NCBI GenBank assembly: GCA_964496245.1
Contig: CAZBZG010000008.1
Span: forward strand, 1-23,182
Length of the DNA stretch: 23,182 nucleotides
Reading direction: 5' to 3'
Source: an uncultured Planctomycetaceae bacterium
Lineage (GTDB): Bacteria > Planctomycetota > SZUA-567
Both the position numbers and the translations under genes were made by a program. Below are positions 1 to 7,120 of this stretch, piece by piece. The notes below the pieces were generated by a model. That model had not been told where the DNA came from and made no database searches. It was given only the letters and a program-made list of their open reading frames with translations. Every line of letters starts with the position of its first letter. Within the stretch, counting starts at the first letter, position 1.

Positions 1-286
1 CGCGGATGATGTTCGTGCCGATGATGTCCGCGGGCATGAGGTCGGGCGTGAACTGGATCCGCGAGAACTCGAGGTCGAGCACGGTGGCCAGGGTGCGCAC
101 GAGCATGGTCTTGCCCAGGCCCGGCACGCCCTCGAGCAGGGCGTTGCCCCCCACGAACATGCAGGTCAACACGCCGCTTACGATCTCGTCGTGGCCCACG
201 ATCACGCGGCCGATTTCCTCACGGAGCCTCTGGAATCGCTCCCGAAACTGTTCGGCCTTGGCCTTCATGTCCGCTGCGTCCGCCAT
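1..286 (-). CDS. MoxR-like AAA+ ATPase, N-terminal part. The gene runs off the left edge of the window, so the C-terminus is missing.
   Basis: Minus-strand translation from ATG (CAT at 284-286) gives MADAADMKAKAEQFRERFQRLREEIGRVIVGHDEIVSGVLTCMFVGGNALLEGVPGLGKTMLVRTLATVLDLEFSRIQFTPDLMPADIIGTNII. It has the Walker A motif GVPGLGKT and the conserved MoxR N-terminal motifs. An SD-like GGAGGT lies 5 nt upstream (plus 291-296, acctcc). Confidence 0.8.
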   Translation of the reverse strand, partial: MADAADMKAKAEQFRERFQRLREEIGRVIVGHDEIVSGVLTCMFVGGNALLEGVPGLGKTMLVRTLATVLDLEFSRIQFTPDLMPADIIGTNIIR

Positions 287-388
287 GTTCACCTCCTTGT
301 GGCATCAGGGGCTGCGTAGAAGAGCGCCCGCCCGGCGGATCGGGTTCGCTCGTCCCAACCCGCCACGGGGAAAGGGGTCCAGCCCTCC

Positions 389-416
389 AGTATAGCCGGG
401 GGGCGGGGGGTGTCAA
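389..416 (-). promoter_or_regulatory. Near-consensus sigma70-type promoter for the MoxR gene, TTGACA-16-TATACT on the minus strand
   Basis: Plus strand has tgtcaa at 411-416 and agtata at 389-394, so the minus strand reads TTGACA, a 16-nt spacer of poly-C/G, then TATACT. This sits about 95 nt upstream of the ATG at 286. Pattern match only. Confidence 0.4.
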
Positions 417-505
417 ACGCTACTTGCTGGGGGACGAGCTCGCGGAAGGCCGTTCGTGATCGTTCGGGCTGGAACGCCGACGATCGGGAGGAACTCCGAA
501 GCGCC

Positions 506-952
506 TCAGGCAGCCGAGGCTTCCACAAACGGGATCAACGTACCGAAGAGGCGCCATTCCACCGGGCCGGCCACGGTGCGCAGAGCGGCGCGGATGACGT
601 CTTCGGCGCTGTGCGGCTTGAAGTACACCTCGTCGAAGAGCTCGGTGCCTTCGGTGCACGCGGGCGACGTATGCGCCATAAGACCAACCTCGGGAAACTC
701 GACCCGGAGGATGGCGCCGAGATCCAGGCCATGCATGTCGGGCAAGTCGAGTTCGACGATTACCAGGCCGATGGACCGGCCGATCGAGGTGTCCACGCTC
801 CAGGAAGCGCCGCGGTGCGGAGATTCTCCACGCAGCATGGCAAGCGCCGCCTGGCCGGAGGGCACGATGGCATGCTCCAGATCGGCCATGGTGGCCATGC
901 AGTGCATGAGCCCGCGCATCACCGGATCGCTGTCCACGAACAGAACCTTCAT
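506..952 (-). CDS. Stand-alone response-regulator receiver domain (CheY-like), 148 aa
   Basis: ATG at 952 with SD GGAGGA. The protein is MKVLFVDSDPVMRGLM...VIVELDLPDMHGLDLG...HTSP...YFKPHSAEDVIRAALRTV. It carries the acidic pair DSD, the acceptor Asp in VELD, the conserved T/S, and the K in YFKP. An extra loop of about 18 aa lies between alpha2 and beta3. There is no output domain. Confidence 0.7.
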   Translation of the reverse strand: MKVLFVDSDPVMRGLMHCMATMADLEHAIVPSGQAALAMLRGESPHRGASWSVDTSIGRSIGLVIVELDLPDMHGLDLGAILRVEFPEVGLMAHTSPACTEGTELFDEVYFKPHSAEDVIRAALRTVAGPVEWRLFGTLIPFVEASAA

Positions 953-1406
953 GGCGTATCCTCCGCACCTGCACGGTCGAGGACTGCGTCGCGTTTCGTG
1001 CCGTCCTCGCGCTTGGTTGTTTCGTTCCAGCTCACTTGTATCTTCGGCTGCATCAACGCCAACTGAAGGAGAAAATGGTATTATCGGACGAGGAGGGCTG
1101 CGGTCGCCAAGCGCGGGCGAGCGTGTGTGCGCGGTCCGACGTGTGGCACTCAGAGGCAGGCGATCAGGACGAGCATGAGGAATGCGTAGAAGAGGACGAT
1201 GAAGTAGATCGCGCCCACGAGCCGCGGACCGCAGCAAACGCCTCGAGCACATGGGCGTCCTGTCCGCGGTCGCCCTCGGTTGCGTCTCCGGTGTCATCCG
1301 CATGAACCGTATCCTGCCACGTGAGCCCGAACGCCGCCATCGTCCGGTCCGCCGCGTCCCGGCAGCCCGTCAGGACCAAAGCGTACCGCACGGCGTCGCG
1401 CTGATT

Positions 1407-1700
1407 TCACAGGAATCCGAAGCGTGTACGCTCGAGACCGAGCGTGACGTTCTCAGCCACGGTCAGGCGCGGGGCGAGGGGCAGTTCCTGGTGGATCATG
1501 GCCACGCCCCGCCGCCGCGCGTCCGCCGGATGATCTGCGCGGTAGGGCCGGCCCGCGAGCGCGTCGATCGCGGTCTTCACGCCGAGGTAGCCCATGCGGA
1601 AGGGATTCTGCACGGTCAAGCCGTGGAGTTCGCCCTTGCGCAGCGCAGCGAGCAGGGGATCGGAGGAGTCGAAGCCCACAAACTTGACCTGGCCCGCCGC
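1407..1700 (-). pseudogene. Gene-decay remnant: a sugar ABC transporter substrate-binding protein C-terminal fragment fused in frame to an internal fragment of the ATP-binding subunit
   Basis: Minus frame reads ...GQVKFVGFDSSDPLLAALRKGELHGLTVQNPFRMGYLGVKTAIDALAGRP (RbsB-like periplasmic binding-protein C-terminus). It is directly joined to ...DARRRGVAMIHQELPLAPRLTVAENVTLGLERTRFGFL*, which matches the conserved region around residues 55-90 of RbsA/XylG-type ATPases. There is no start and no Walker A. Frames further downstream (1150-1400) are broken. Confidence 0.5.
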
Positions 1701-1731
1701 TGGCGGCGTCCGCGGATTTGCGGGTTGTCCG

Positions 1732-1753
1732 GGGACCCGGTCCCTGCTATACT
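1732..1753 (+). promoter_or_regulatory. A 13-bp palindrome (gggacc-c-ggtccc) abutting an extended -10 element (TGcTATACT). Putative operator and promoter for the 1800-2660 gene.
   Basis: gggacc at 1732-1737, c at 1738, ggtccc at 1739-1744, then tgctatact at 1745-1753. The ATG at 1800 sits 47 nt downstream and is preceded by the SD gaaagaggaaagg. Confidence 0.35.
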
Positions 1754-1799
1754 ACGTCGCCGGCGTGGGGAAGGCGGTCGAAAGAGGAAAGGACGCCGC

Positions 1800-2660
1800 A
1801 TGCGGCCGTGGGCATTGCTCTCCTTGCTTGAGCAGTACGACAATCTGGGCTGCTACGTGGATTTCGGCCGCGCCGGCAAGATCGCTTACTGCACGCGGCT
1901 GCTCAACACCGAACAGGAATCCTTCCGCCTCCGTCTGGAGTTGGATCTGCTCGCCGAGGAGGAGGAGCCCGAGATCGTGTCGGTCGTGGTTTCGACCGAG
2001 CAGATGGCGCAGAAGAACATCCCGTCCGAAATGGTCTTCCGCCTGTTGGGCTCCCGCATCTTCCTCCGCGCCCAGAAGGACGGTTCGCCGGGCGAGCTCC
2101 TGCTCCTCCACGAACCGGACGAAGTGGTCCGGCTCCTGCGTGGGAATCTCGAGCATCTGAAACAGCGCAACGATGCGGCCAGCCGGAGCCTCTACCACAA
2201 GCTGACCCGGATCCAGTCCGATAGCACATGGGCGGACGAGGCCCTCTGCCTCGAGCTCAACCGCATGAGCGATGAGAGCACGGATCACATCCGCCGCATC
2301 CTGCGACAGGCGCCCGACCGGCGCAAGGCGGTGGAAGCGCTGGACCGCGGGGAGGGCCTGCGCTTCCTAGAAGACAAACCCGAAGGCGCCCAGGAAGTCG
2401 GCAATCTCTCCCAGCACGACGTGGGGTTCCTGGTGAGCGTGGTGCGGGCGCGCTACGTGCTGGAGATGCTGCGCCGCCGCACGGCCAACAAGGACGCCAA
2501 GCTCACGCCCCTCGGGCAGAAGCTCTTCGGCGGCCGGCCGGCCGAGGAATTTTCGGACAGCGAACTCCGCCAGGTGCTCGATCTGGCCCGGCGGGCGTTC
2601 GAGCGGCCGCTCTCGCCCACGAGCGACCTCGGCCAGGCCTCGGCATCGCTGGTCACGTGA
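1800..2660 (+). CDS. Hypothetical protein of 286 aa with no recognised family. The C-terminal segment could be a winged-helix.
   Basis: ATG at 1800 with a strong SD. GC3 is high and matches the genome. The ORF-track 1251-start extension overlaps the decayed locus and lacks an RBS, so I reject it. The C-terminal part ...VRARYVLEMLRRRTANKDAKLTPLGQKLF... resembles a wHTH recognition helix plus wing. Confidence 0.6.
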   Translation: MRPWALLSLLEQYDNLGCYVDFGRAGKIAYCTRLLNTEQESFRLRLELDLLAEEEEPEIVSVVVSTEQMAQKNIPSEMVFRLLGSRIFLRAQKDGSPGELLLLHEPDEVVRLLRGNLEHLKQRNDAASRSLYHKLTRIQSDSTWADEALCLELNRMSDESTDHIRRILRQAPDRRKAVEALDRGEGLRFLEDKPEGAQEVGNLSQHDVGFLVSVVRARYVLEMLRRRTANKDAKLTPLGQKLFGGRPAEEFSDSELRQVLDLARRAFERPLSPTSDLGQASASLVT

Positions 2661-2685
2661 GTGCGACGTCCGTCCGCGTCCCGTG

Positions 2686-2711
2686 CGCGATTCGTCGACG
2701 CCGGAATCGCG
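2686..2711. repeat. Perfect 8-bp inverted repeat (cgcgattc N10 gaatcgcg) 26 nt after the stop of the 1800-2660 gene
   Basis: Read directly: 2686-2693 pairs with 2704-2711. No U-tract follows it. It could be a terminator-like element or a protein-binding site. Confidence 0.35.
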
Positions 2712-2746
2712 ATCCAAGGGTCTGTCAGAGAATAAGCCACAACGAA

Positions 2747-2786
2747 GAGCGGGGAAGCCGTGGCCTCCCCGCTCGCTTCGTTTGTC
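2747..2786. terminator. Bidirectional intrinsic-terminator-like hairpin between the convergent 1800-2660 gene and the flotillin gene
   Basis: gagcgggga (2747-2755), a 10-nt loop, then tccccgctc (2766-2774), giving a 9-bp perfect stem. On the plus strand it is followed by gcttcgtttgtcg. On the minus strand it reads ...ttcgttgtggcttattctct. It lies 25 nt after the flotillin stop at 2799. Confidence 0.5.
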
Positions 2787-2798
2787 GCGATGCGTCCG

Positions 2799-4286
2799 TT
2801 ACTGACCGCTTCCGCCGGGCCGGCCGCTCTGCCCCGGCGCAGGCGGACGAGGAGCGGCCTTGGGCGCCTTGCTCCCACCAGCGGCGCTTCGGCCCTCGCC
2901 CTCGTCTTCGCCCTCGTCGATCATCTCACCGAGGTAACCGGGCAGTTCCACCCCGGCCATGCCCGCGAGATCGTGCAGCGGCGGCAGGCTCTTGACCAGG
3001 TTGCTGACGAACCCGGCTGTGGAGCTCTTGCCGTCGGCCGCCCCCGAATCCCAGACCGTGACCTTGTCAATTTTGAGGTTCTGGATGGCCTCGACCTGCC
3101 GGGCCACGATCTCCTCGATCTTCTCGACCATGAGCAGGGTGGCCGCCGACTTGGCGTCGCCCGCGCAACTCCGGATGAGGCCTTCGTACCCGGCCGCCTT
3201 GGCCTCGAGCACCTGCCGCGTGCCCTTGGCCTCGGCCTCGTACTTCTGGAGCATGGCCTGGGCCTCGCCCTGCGCGATCTTGTTCCGCCGGGCCGCCTCG
3301 GCCTCGGCCGCGATCTCGATCTTGCGCCGCTCGATCTCTTTCTTGACGATCTCCTCGGCATTCAGACGCTCGGTCTCGGCCTTGGCCTGCGCCTTCTGGA
3401 TCTCGATCATGGCGTTGCGCTTGGCCACTTCGGACCGCTGTTCGGCCGACGCCTCCTTCTCGGACAGATCCGCGTTGACGTTCGCGATGTTGGCCTTGGA
3501 GGTGTTCTCGCCGGTCACCGCCTCGGATTCCTGCCCCTGCACATAGATGCGCCGATCGGCCTCGGCCTTCTTGCGGCCCTTGTCGGCTTCGGCCTCGCTC
3601 TCGGCCACGCGAATGTCCCGCTCCCGATGGGCCTCGGCCTCGCCGATCGAACCGAGCTTCTCCTGCTCGGCCACGTCGACCTTGGCCTTGTTGACCGCCT
3701 CGGACGCCGCCTTCTTGCCGATCGAGTCGATGTAGTCGGACTCGTCGGTGATGTCGGTGATGTTGACATTGATGAGGTAGAGCCCGACCTTGTTGAGTTC
3801 CGGCTCCACGTTCTTGCGGATCGACTCCAGGAAGCTCTCGCGGTCCTGGTTGATCTGCTCGATGGTCAGACTCGCCACGGTCAGGCGCAGCTGCCCGAAG
3901 ATGATCTCCTTGCCCATCTCCTCGATGGCTGTCGACCGCAGGCCCAGGAGCCGCTCGGCCGCGTTGTTCATGATGTGCGGCTCGGTGCTCACCCCCACCG
4001 TGAACGTCGACGGCACGTCGATGCGGATGTTCTGCAGCGACAGGGCGTTCTTGAGCGGGATGCTGATGGTCATGGGCGTGAGGCTCAGGAACGCGTAGTC
4101 CTGGAAGAGCGGCCAAACGAAGGCCGCGCCCCCGTGGATGCATTTCGCCGATTTGCCCTTGCCCACGCTGCCGTAGACCACCATGATGCGGTCCGAGGGG
4201 CAGCGCTTGTAGCGCGACGCCAGCAGCAACACGAAGAACACGACGATGACCACGATCCCCAACGGGATCAGAAGCAACGGTCCCAT
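2799..4286 (-). CDS. Flotillin-like SPFH/band-7 protein (YqiK/FloT family), 495 aa
   Basis: ATG at 4286 with SD AAGGAGG. It has an N-terminal TM segment, then the SPFH domain MVVYGSVGKGKSAKCIHGGAAFVWPLFQDYAFLSLTPMTISIPL..., then a long EA-rich coiled coil (flotillin repeats) and an acidic, Gly/Pro-rich tail. Confidence 0.9.
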   Translation of the reverse strand: MGPLLLIPLGIVVIVVFFVLLLASRYKRCPSDRIMVVYGSVGKGKSAKCIHGGAAFVWPLFQDYAFLSLTPMTISIPLKNALSLQNIRIDVPSTFTVGVSTEPHIMNNAAERLLGLRSTAIEEMGKEIIFGQLRLTVASLTIEQINQDRESFLESIRKNVEPELNKVGLYLINVNITDITDESDYIDSIGKKAASEAVNKAKVDVAEQEKLGSIGEAEAHRERDIRVAESEAEADKGRKKAEADRRIYVQGQESEAVTGENTSKANIANVNADLSEKEASAEQRSEVAKRNAMIEIQKAQAKAETERLNAEEIVKKEIERRKIEIAAEAEAARRNKIAQGEAQAMLQKYEAEAKGTRQVLEAKAAGYEGLIRSCAGDAKSAATLLMVEKIEEIVARQVEAIQNLKIDKVTVWDSGAADGKSSTAGFVSNLVKSLPPLHDLAGMAGVELPGYLGEMIDEGEDEGEGRSAAGGSKAPKAAPRPPAPGQSGRPGGSGQ

Positions 4287-4385
4287 GAACTCCCCTCCTT
4301 TCCGCGCATCCTGCGCGCCATCTCTCGATACCCACAGTCCCGAAAATGCCCCCGCGCCGGACGCCCACCGCCCGGACGGATGGCT

Positions 4386-4982
4386 CTATTCCGCACGCTC
4401 CACGCTGAGCACGTTCCCGCGGATCACCCAGACCACGCGGATGCGCTCGCCGGTCTTGAGCTCGACCTTCTGTTCGGAGACCGCGTCGAACTCCATGAGC
4501 CGGTCCTGGACCACCACCTGCACCTTGCCCGTTCCCTCCGCGGGGACGGTCAAGTAAACCGTGCCCTCGGCACCGATCGCCCGGTCCACGTCGAGGGTCC
4601 CGCTCGTCTGCAGGCGAAGCATGAGACCGAAGAGGAGCGCGGTCACGTACATGGCCAGGCCGCCGCCGATGACCGCGCAGACCAGGGCGCCGACTGCGGC
4701 CACCAGATTTGCGCGCAGGACGGCGAAGCCCACGAGTCCGAACATCATGACGAACGCCGAGACCGTATTGAGGCTGAGCAGGTGGAAACTGGCGTCCGAA
4801 TCCGCGACCGTGCCGTCGTGCCCGTCCGTGGAGAAGTCATCATCCACGCCGCCGACGCCGTCCCCCTGCCCGGCCCCCAGCAGCATGAGGAGCATGCGAA
4901 TCAGAAAGAGCGTGCCGCCCCCTGCCCCGCACGTGGCGAAGAATTTCTCCATCGACGACAGCGCTTCGAACCATTCGCCCAT
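4386..4982 (-). CDS. NfeD/YqiJ-like membrane protein with a C-terminal OB-fold, partner of flotillin, 198 aa
   Basis: ATG at 4982 with SD AGGAGGA. It has TM helices, then a soluble tail ...VYLTVPAEGTGKVQVVVQDRLMEFDAVSEQKVELKTGERIRVVWV... typical of the NfeD short form. It lies 99 nt upstream of the flotillin gene on the same strand. Confidence 0.75.
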   Translation of the reverse strand: MGEWFEALSSMEKFFATCGAGGGTLFLIRMLLMLLGAGQGDGVGGVDDDFSTDGHDGTVADSDASFHLLSLNTVSAFVMMFGLVGFAVLRANLVAAVGALVCAVIGGGLAMYVTALLFGLMLRLQTSGTLDVDRAIGAEGTVYLTVPAEGTGKVQVVVQDRLMEFDAVSEQKVELKTGERIRVVWVIRGNVLSVERAE

Positions 4983-5118
4983 GGGTCTTCCTCCTGCAAC
5001 CGCCCATCCCCAGGCCGTTGACGGGCGCGGCCGGCCAGAAATGGCTTGCGAACCCCGCGTCCTTTCCTAGGATGGCCCTTGCGCTTCGGTGCAGATACCA
5101 TAGCCGATTCCACAGGGT

Positions 5119-5150
5119 TTGTCAGTTACAAAACCGCTTGTTCTTTGTAA
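5119..5150. promoter_or_regulatory. AT-rich inverted repeats in the divergent control region between the nfeD-floT operon and the CII-like regulator gene
   Basis: TTACAAA (5126-5132), 11 nt, then TTTGTAA (5144-5150). An overlapping imperfect palindrome is ggtttgt-cagtt-acaaaacc. Both sit in an AT-rich patch of otherwise 70% GC DNA. -35-like TTGTCA at 5119-5124. Confidence 0.3.
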
Positions 5151-5205
5151 AGGCGCCAGACCCGACCGAAGGCCGACGTGCGCCAGTTGCGGGGGAGGAA
5201 GGGGC

Positions 5206-5673
5206 ATGCAAAGCCACGACGTCCTGCGAACGGCGATCGAAGGCGTGGGGGCCAAGAAGGTGGCGGCGGCCGTGGGGGTCTCCGCCTCGCTCGTCTACAA
5301 GTGGTGCGAGAAGCGCGGAGACCCGGAAAGCACCTCGGGCACGCGCAACCCGCTCGACCGCCTGCGGCTGCTCCTCGAAGCCACCGGAGACGAAAGCCTC
5401 CTCCAGTGGCTCTGTCGGCAGCGCGACGGCTACTTCGTGCAGAACCCCGCGGCCGTGGCCCGGGATTTCGGCTCCGCATACGTCAATCACACGCAGAAGA
5501 TGCTCCAGGACTTCAGCGAGCTCCTCCAGGTCATGAGCGAGTCCATCGCCAACGACGGCCGCATCGACACGCAGGAGTCCGGCCGCATCCGGCAGGAGTG
5601 GGAGGAGCTCAAGCGCTACGGCGAGCAGTTCGTGTGCGCCTGCGAGCAGGGGCTGTTCGACGGGAAGAGCTAA
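5206..5673 (+). CDS. HTH transcriptional regulator, phage CII-like N-terminal domain, 155 aa
   Basis: ATG at 5206 with SD GGGAGGAAGGGG. The N-terminus ...GAKKVAAAVGVSASLVYKWCEKRGD resembles the lambda CII HTH (...TAEAVGVDKSQISRWKRD...). The C-terminal ~90 aa are unassigned. The 5119 start in the ORF track lacks an RBS. Confidence 0.5.
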   Translation: MQSHDVLRTAIEGVGAKKVAAAVGVSASLVYKWCEKRGDPESTSGTRNPLDRLRLLLEATGDESLLQWLCRQRDGYFVQNPAAVARDFGSAYVNHTQKMLQDFSELLQVMSESIANDGRIDTQESGRIRQEWEELKRYGEQFVCACEQGLFDGKS

Positions 5674-6956
5674 TCGCCCCCGGCACCGGTCTCGCTCTGC
5701 GGGGCTGCGGGAACGTGCCCGCCAGTCAGAGACGGGTGCTGCGCCAGGCCGCCCAGGCGGACTTCCCGCACGCCGCCGTCCTCGGCCAGCACGTAGAGCA
5801 ACACCAGTCCGCGGTCCAGGCCGAGGTCGTGGCCCAGCTCCTCCATGAAGGTGCGGGCCGCGGCCTCGCCCATGACCGAGAACGCCGTGGCCAGCGCATC
5901 CGCCTTGAGACACGACTCCGGGTGCAGCACCATGGCGCTGACCACCCCCCCCTGCACGGGCAGGCCGGTGCGCGGATCGAGGATGTGCGAGTACCGCTCG
6001 CCCTCGCATTCGAAGAACTTCTCGTAGTCTCCGCTCGTAGCCACAGCGCCTGCGGTCAGCTCCAGCGTCCGCATCAACTCGTTCGGATCGCGCGGATGCC
6101 GGACCCCGATGCGCCAGGGCCGTCCGCTTGCGTCAGAGGAAACCTCCCCGCCGGGGTCGAGCGGCGGCGGCTCCGCGGACGGCGGCTTCCCCTTCGCGTC
6201 CCGGGATGCGCGAGGGGTCTCCGCCCCCACCTGCTGGAAGGTGTTGGGCTGCTCGGGCACGCGTCCCATGACCCGCACCTCGCCTCCGATCTCCACGAGC
6301 GCGTGCTCCACGCCCACGGCGGCGAGCGCCCGCACGGCCTGGTCGACCGCAAAGCCCTTGGCGATACCGCCGAGGTCCAGCCGCATGCCCTCGGCCGTGA
6401 GGGCCAGCTTCATGCCCTCCCGCTCGTACCGGATCTTGTCGCTGCCCACGCGATCGAGCATCTCGGCCACTGTCTCGTCGGACGGGAGCTCGTCCACCGG
6501 AGCATTCGAGAACGCGTACAGCCCCATGAGCGGTCCCACGGTCGCGTCAAAGGCGCCGTCGGTAAGGCAATGAAAACGGAGGGCCTCCATGACCACGCGC
6601 CAGGTCAGCGGGTCGACCGATACCCAGGCGCCGGCCGGCGCGCCATTGAGCCGCCCGACGTCGCTCTCCGGATCAAACGCGTTCATGCGGTTCTCGACCG
6701 CGCGCACGGCCGCCAGGGCAAGCTCGGCCGACTCCTCCACCCCCAGCTTCATGCCCATGGAGGGCACGATGGTGATGCGCGCGGTGGTGTGCATCACGGA
6801 TGCATGCACGGTCCGCGGCGACGCGCCAGAGAAGACCCGGATCCATCCGGGCACGCGATCGCGCAGCGCCACGTAGAGGATGAGCAAGCCAACAACAATC
6901 ACAACGCCCCAAAGGAGGCGGTCGGTGCGCAGGCGCGGACGCGGTTGCTCGCTCAC
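5670..6956 (-). CDS. apbE: FAD:protein FMN transferase ApbE, membrane-anchored, with an internal low-complexity insertion of about 45 aa
   Basis: GIAKGFAVDQA and AVATSGDYEKF motifs are present, with an N-terminal TM (LLWGVVIVVGLLILYVAL). Preferred start is GTG at 6956 with SD GGGAG 6 nt upstream. ATG at 7019 or 7007 is possible but has no RBS. Its stop overlaps the convergent CII-like gene stop at 5670-5673. Confidence 0.8.
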   Translation of the reverse strand: MSEQPRPRLRTDRLLWGVVIVVGLLILYVALRDRVPGWIRVFSGASPRTVHASVMHTTARITIVPSMGMKLGVEESAELALAAVRAVENRMNAFDPESDVGRLNGAPAGAWVSVDPLTWRVVMEALRFHCLTDGAFDATVGPLMGLYAFSNAPVDELPSDETVAEMLDRVGSDKIRYEREGMKLALTAEGMRLDLGGIAKGFAVDQAVRALAAVGVEHALVEIGGEVRVMGRVPEQPNTFQQVGAETPRASRDAKGKPPSAEPPPLDPGGEVSSDASGRPWRIGVRHPRDPNELMRTLELTAGAVATSGDYEKFFECEGERYSHILDPRTGLPVQGGVVSAMVLHPESCLKADALATAFSVMGEAAARTFMEELGHDLGLDRGLVLLYVLAEDGGVREVRLGGLAQHPSLTGGHVPAAPQSETGAGGD

Positions 6957-7120
6957 GATGAACTCCCGGACAGGGGGGCGCCGCGGCGCACGCCCGCAAC
7001 GCTCCATCGCCACCAGCATGCGGACCGGTGGGCCGGTGTCAACCCGCGTTTCCGCTAAACTTCACACGCATTCCGGCCGATAATATGAACTGTAGTAGTG
7101 TCAGTACGGAGACGCCCGCC

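Noticed and set aside
1075-1305. 76-aa acidic ORF (MVLSDEEGCG...) with a very strong SD (AAGGAGaaaATG)
   Set aside because: Third-position GC is about 69%, against about 85-90% in the credible genes. The opposite strand carries the better-biased hydrophobic tail frame. There is no homology. It is probably a fortuitous SD in the decayed region. It could still be checked by Ribo-seq.
1251-1799. Upstream extension of the 1800..2660 gene (ORF-track start at 1251)
   Set aside because: It has no RBS and runs through the ABC-transporter remnant on the opposite strand. The ATG at 1800 has an excellent SD and a promoter-like element just upstream.
2867-2905. Short tandem repeat gccctcgtcttcgccctcgtcgatc
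   Set aside because: It lies inside the flotillin C-terminal acidic tail (EDEGEDEGEG on the coding strand). It is a coding low-complexity repeat, not a DNA repeat element.
2760-5021. Plus-strand 753-aa ORF, plus the 3067..4368 minus 433-aa ORF
   Set aside because: These are antisense or alternate frames of the flotillin and nfeD genes. They are dominated by L/G/R/D/H repeats with no domain signal. The flotillin frame has unmistakable SPFH homology.
5178-7058. Plus-strand 626-aa ORF, plus the 5122..6009 minus 295-aa ORF
   Set aside because: They are antisense or alternate frames of the ApbE and CII-like genes, with R/G/P/H-rich low-complexity translation.
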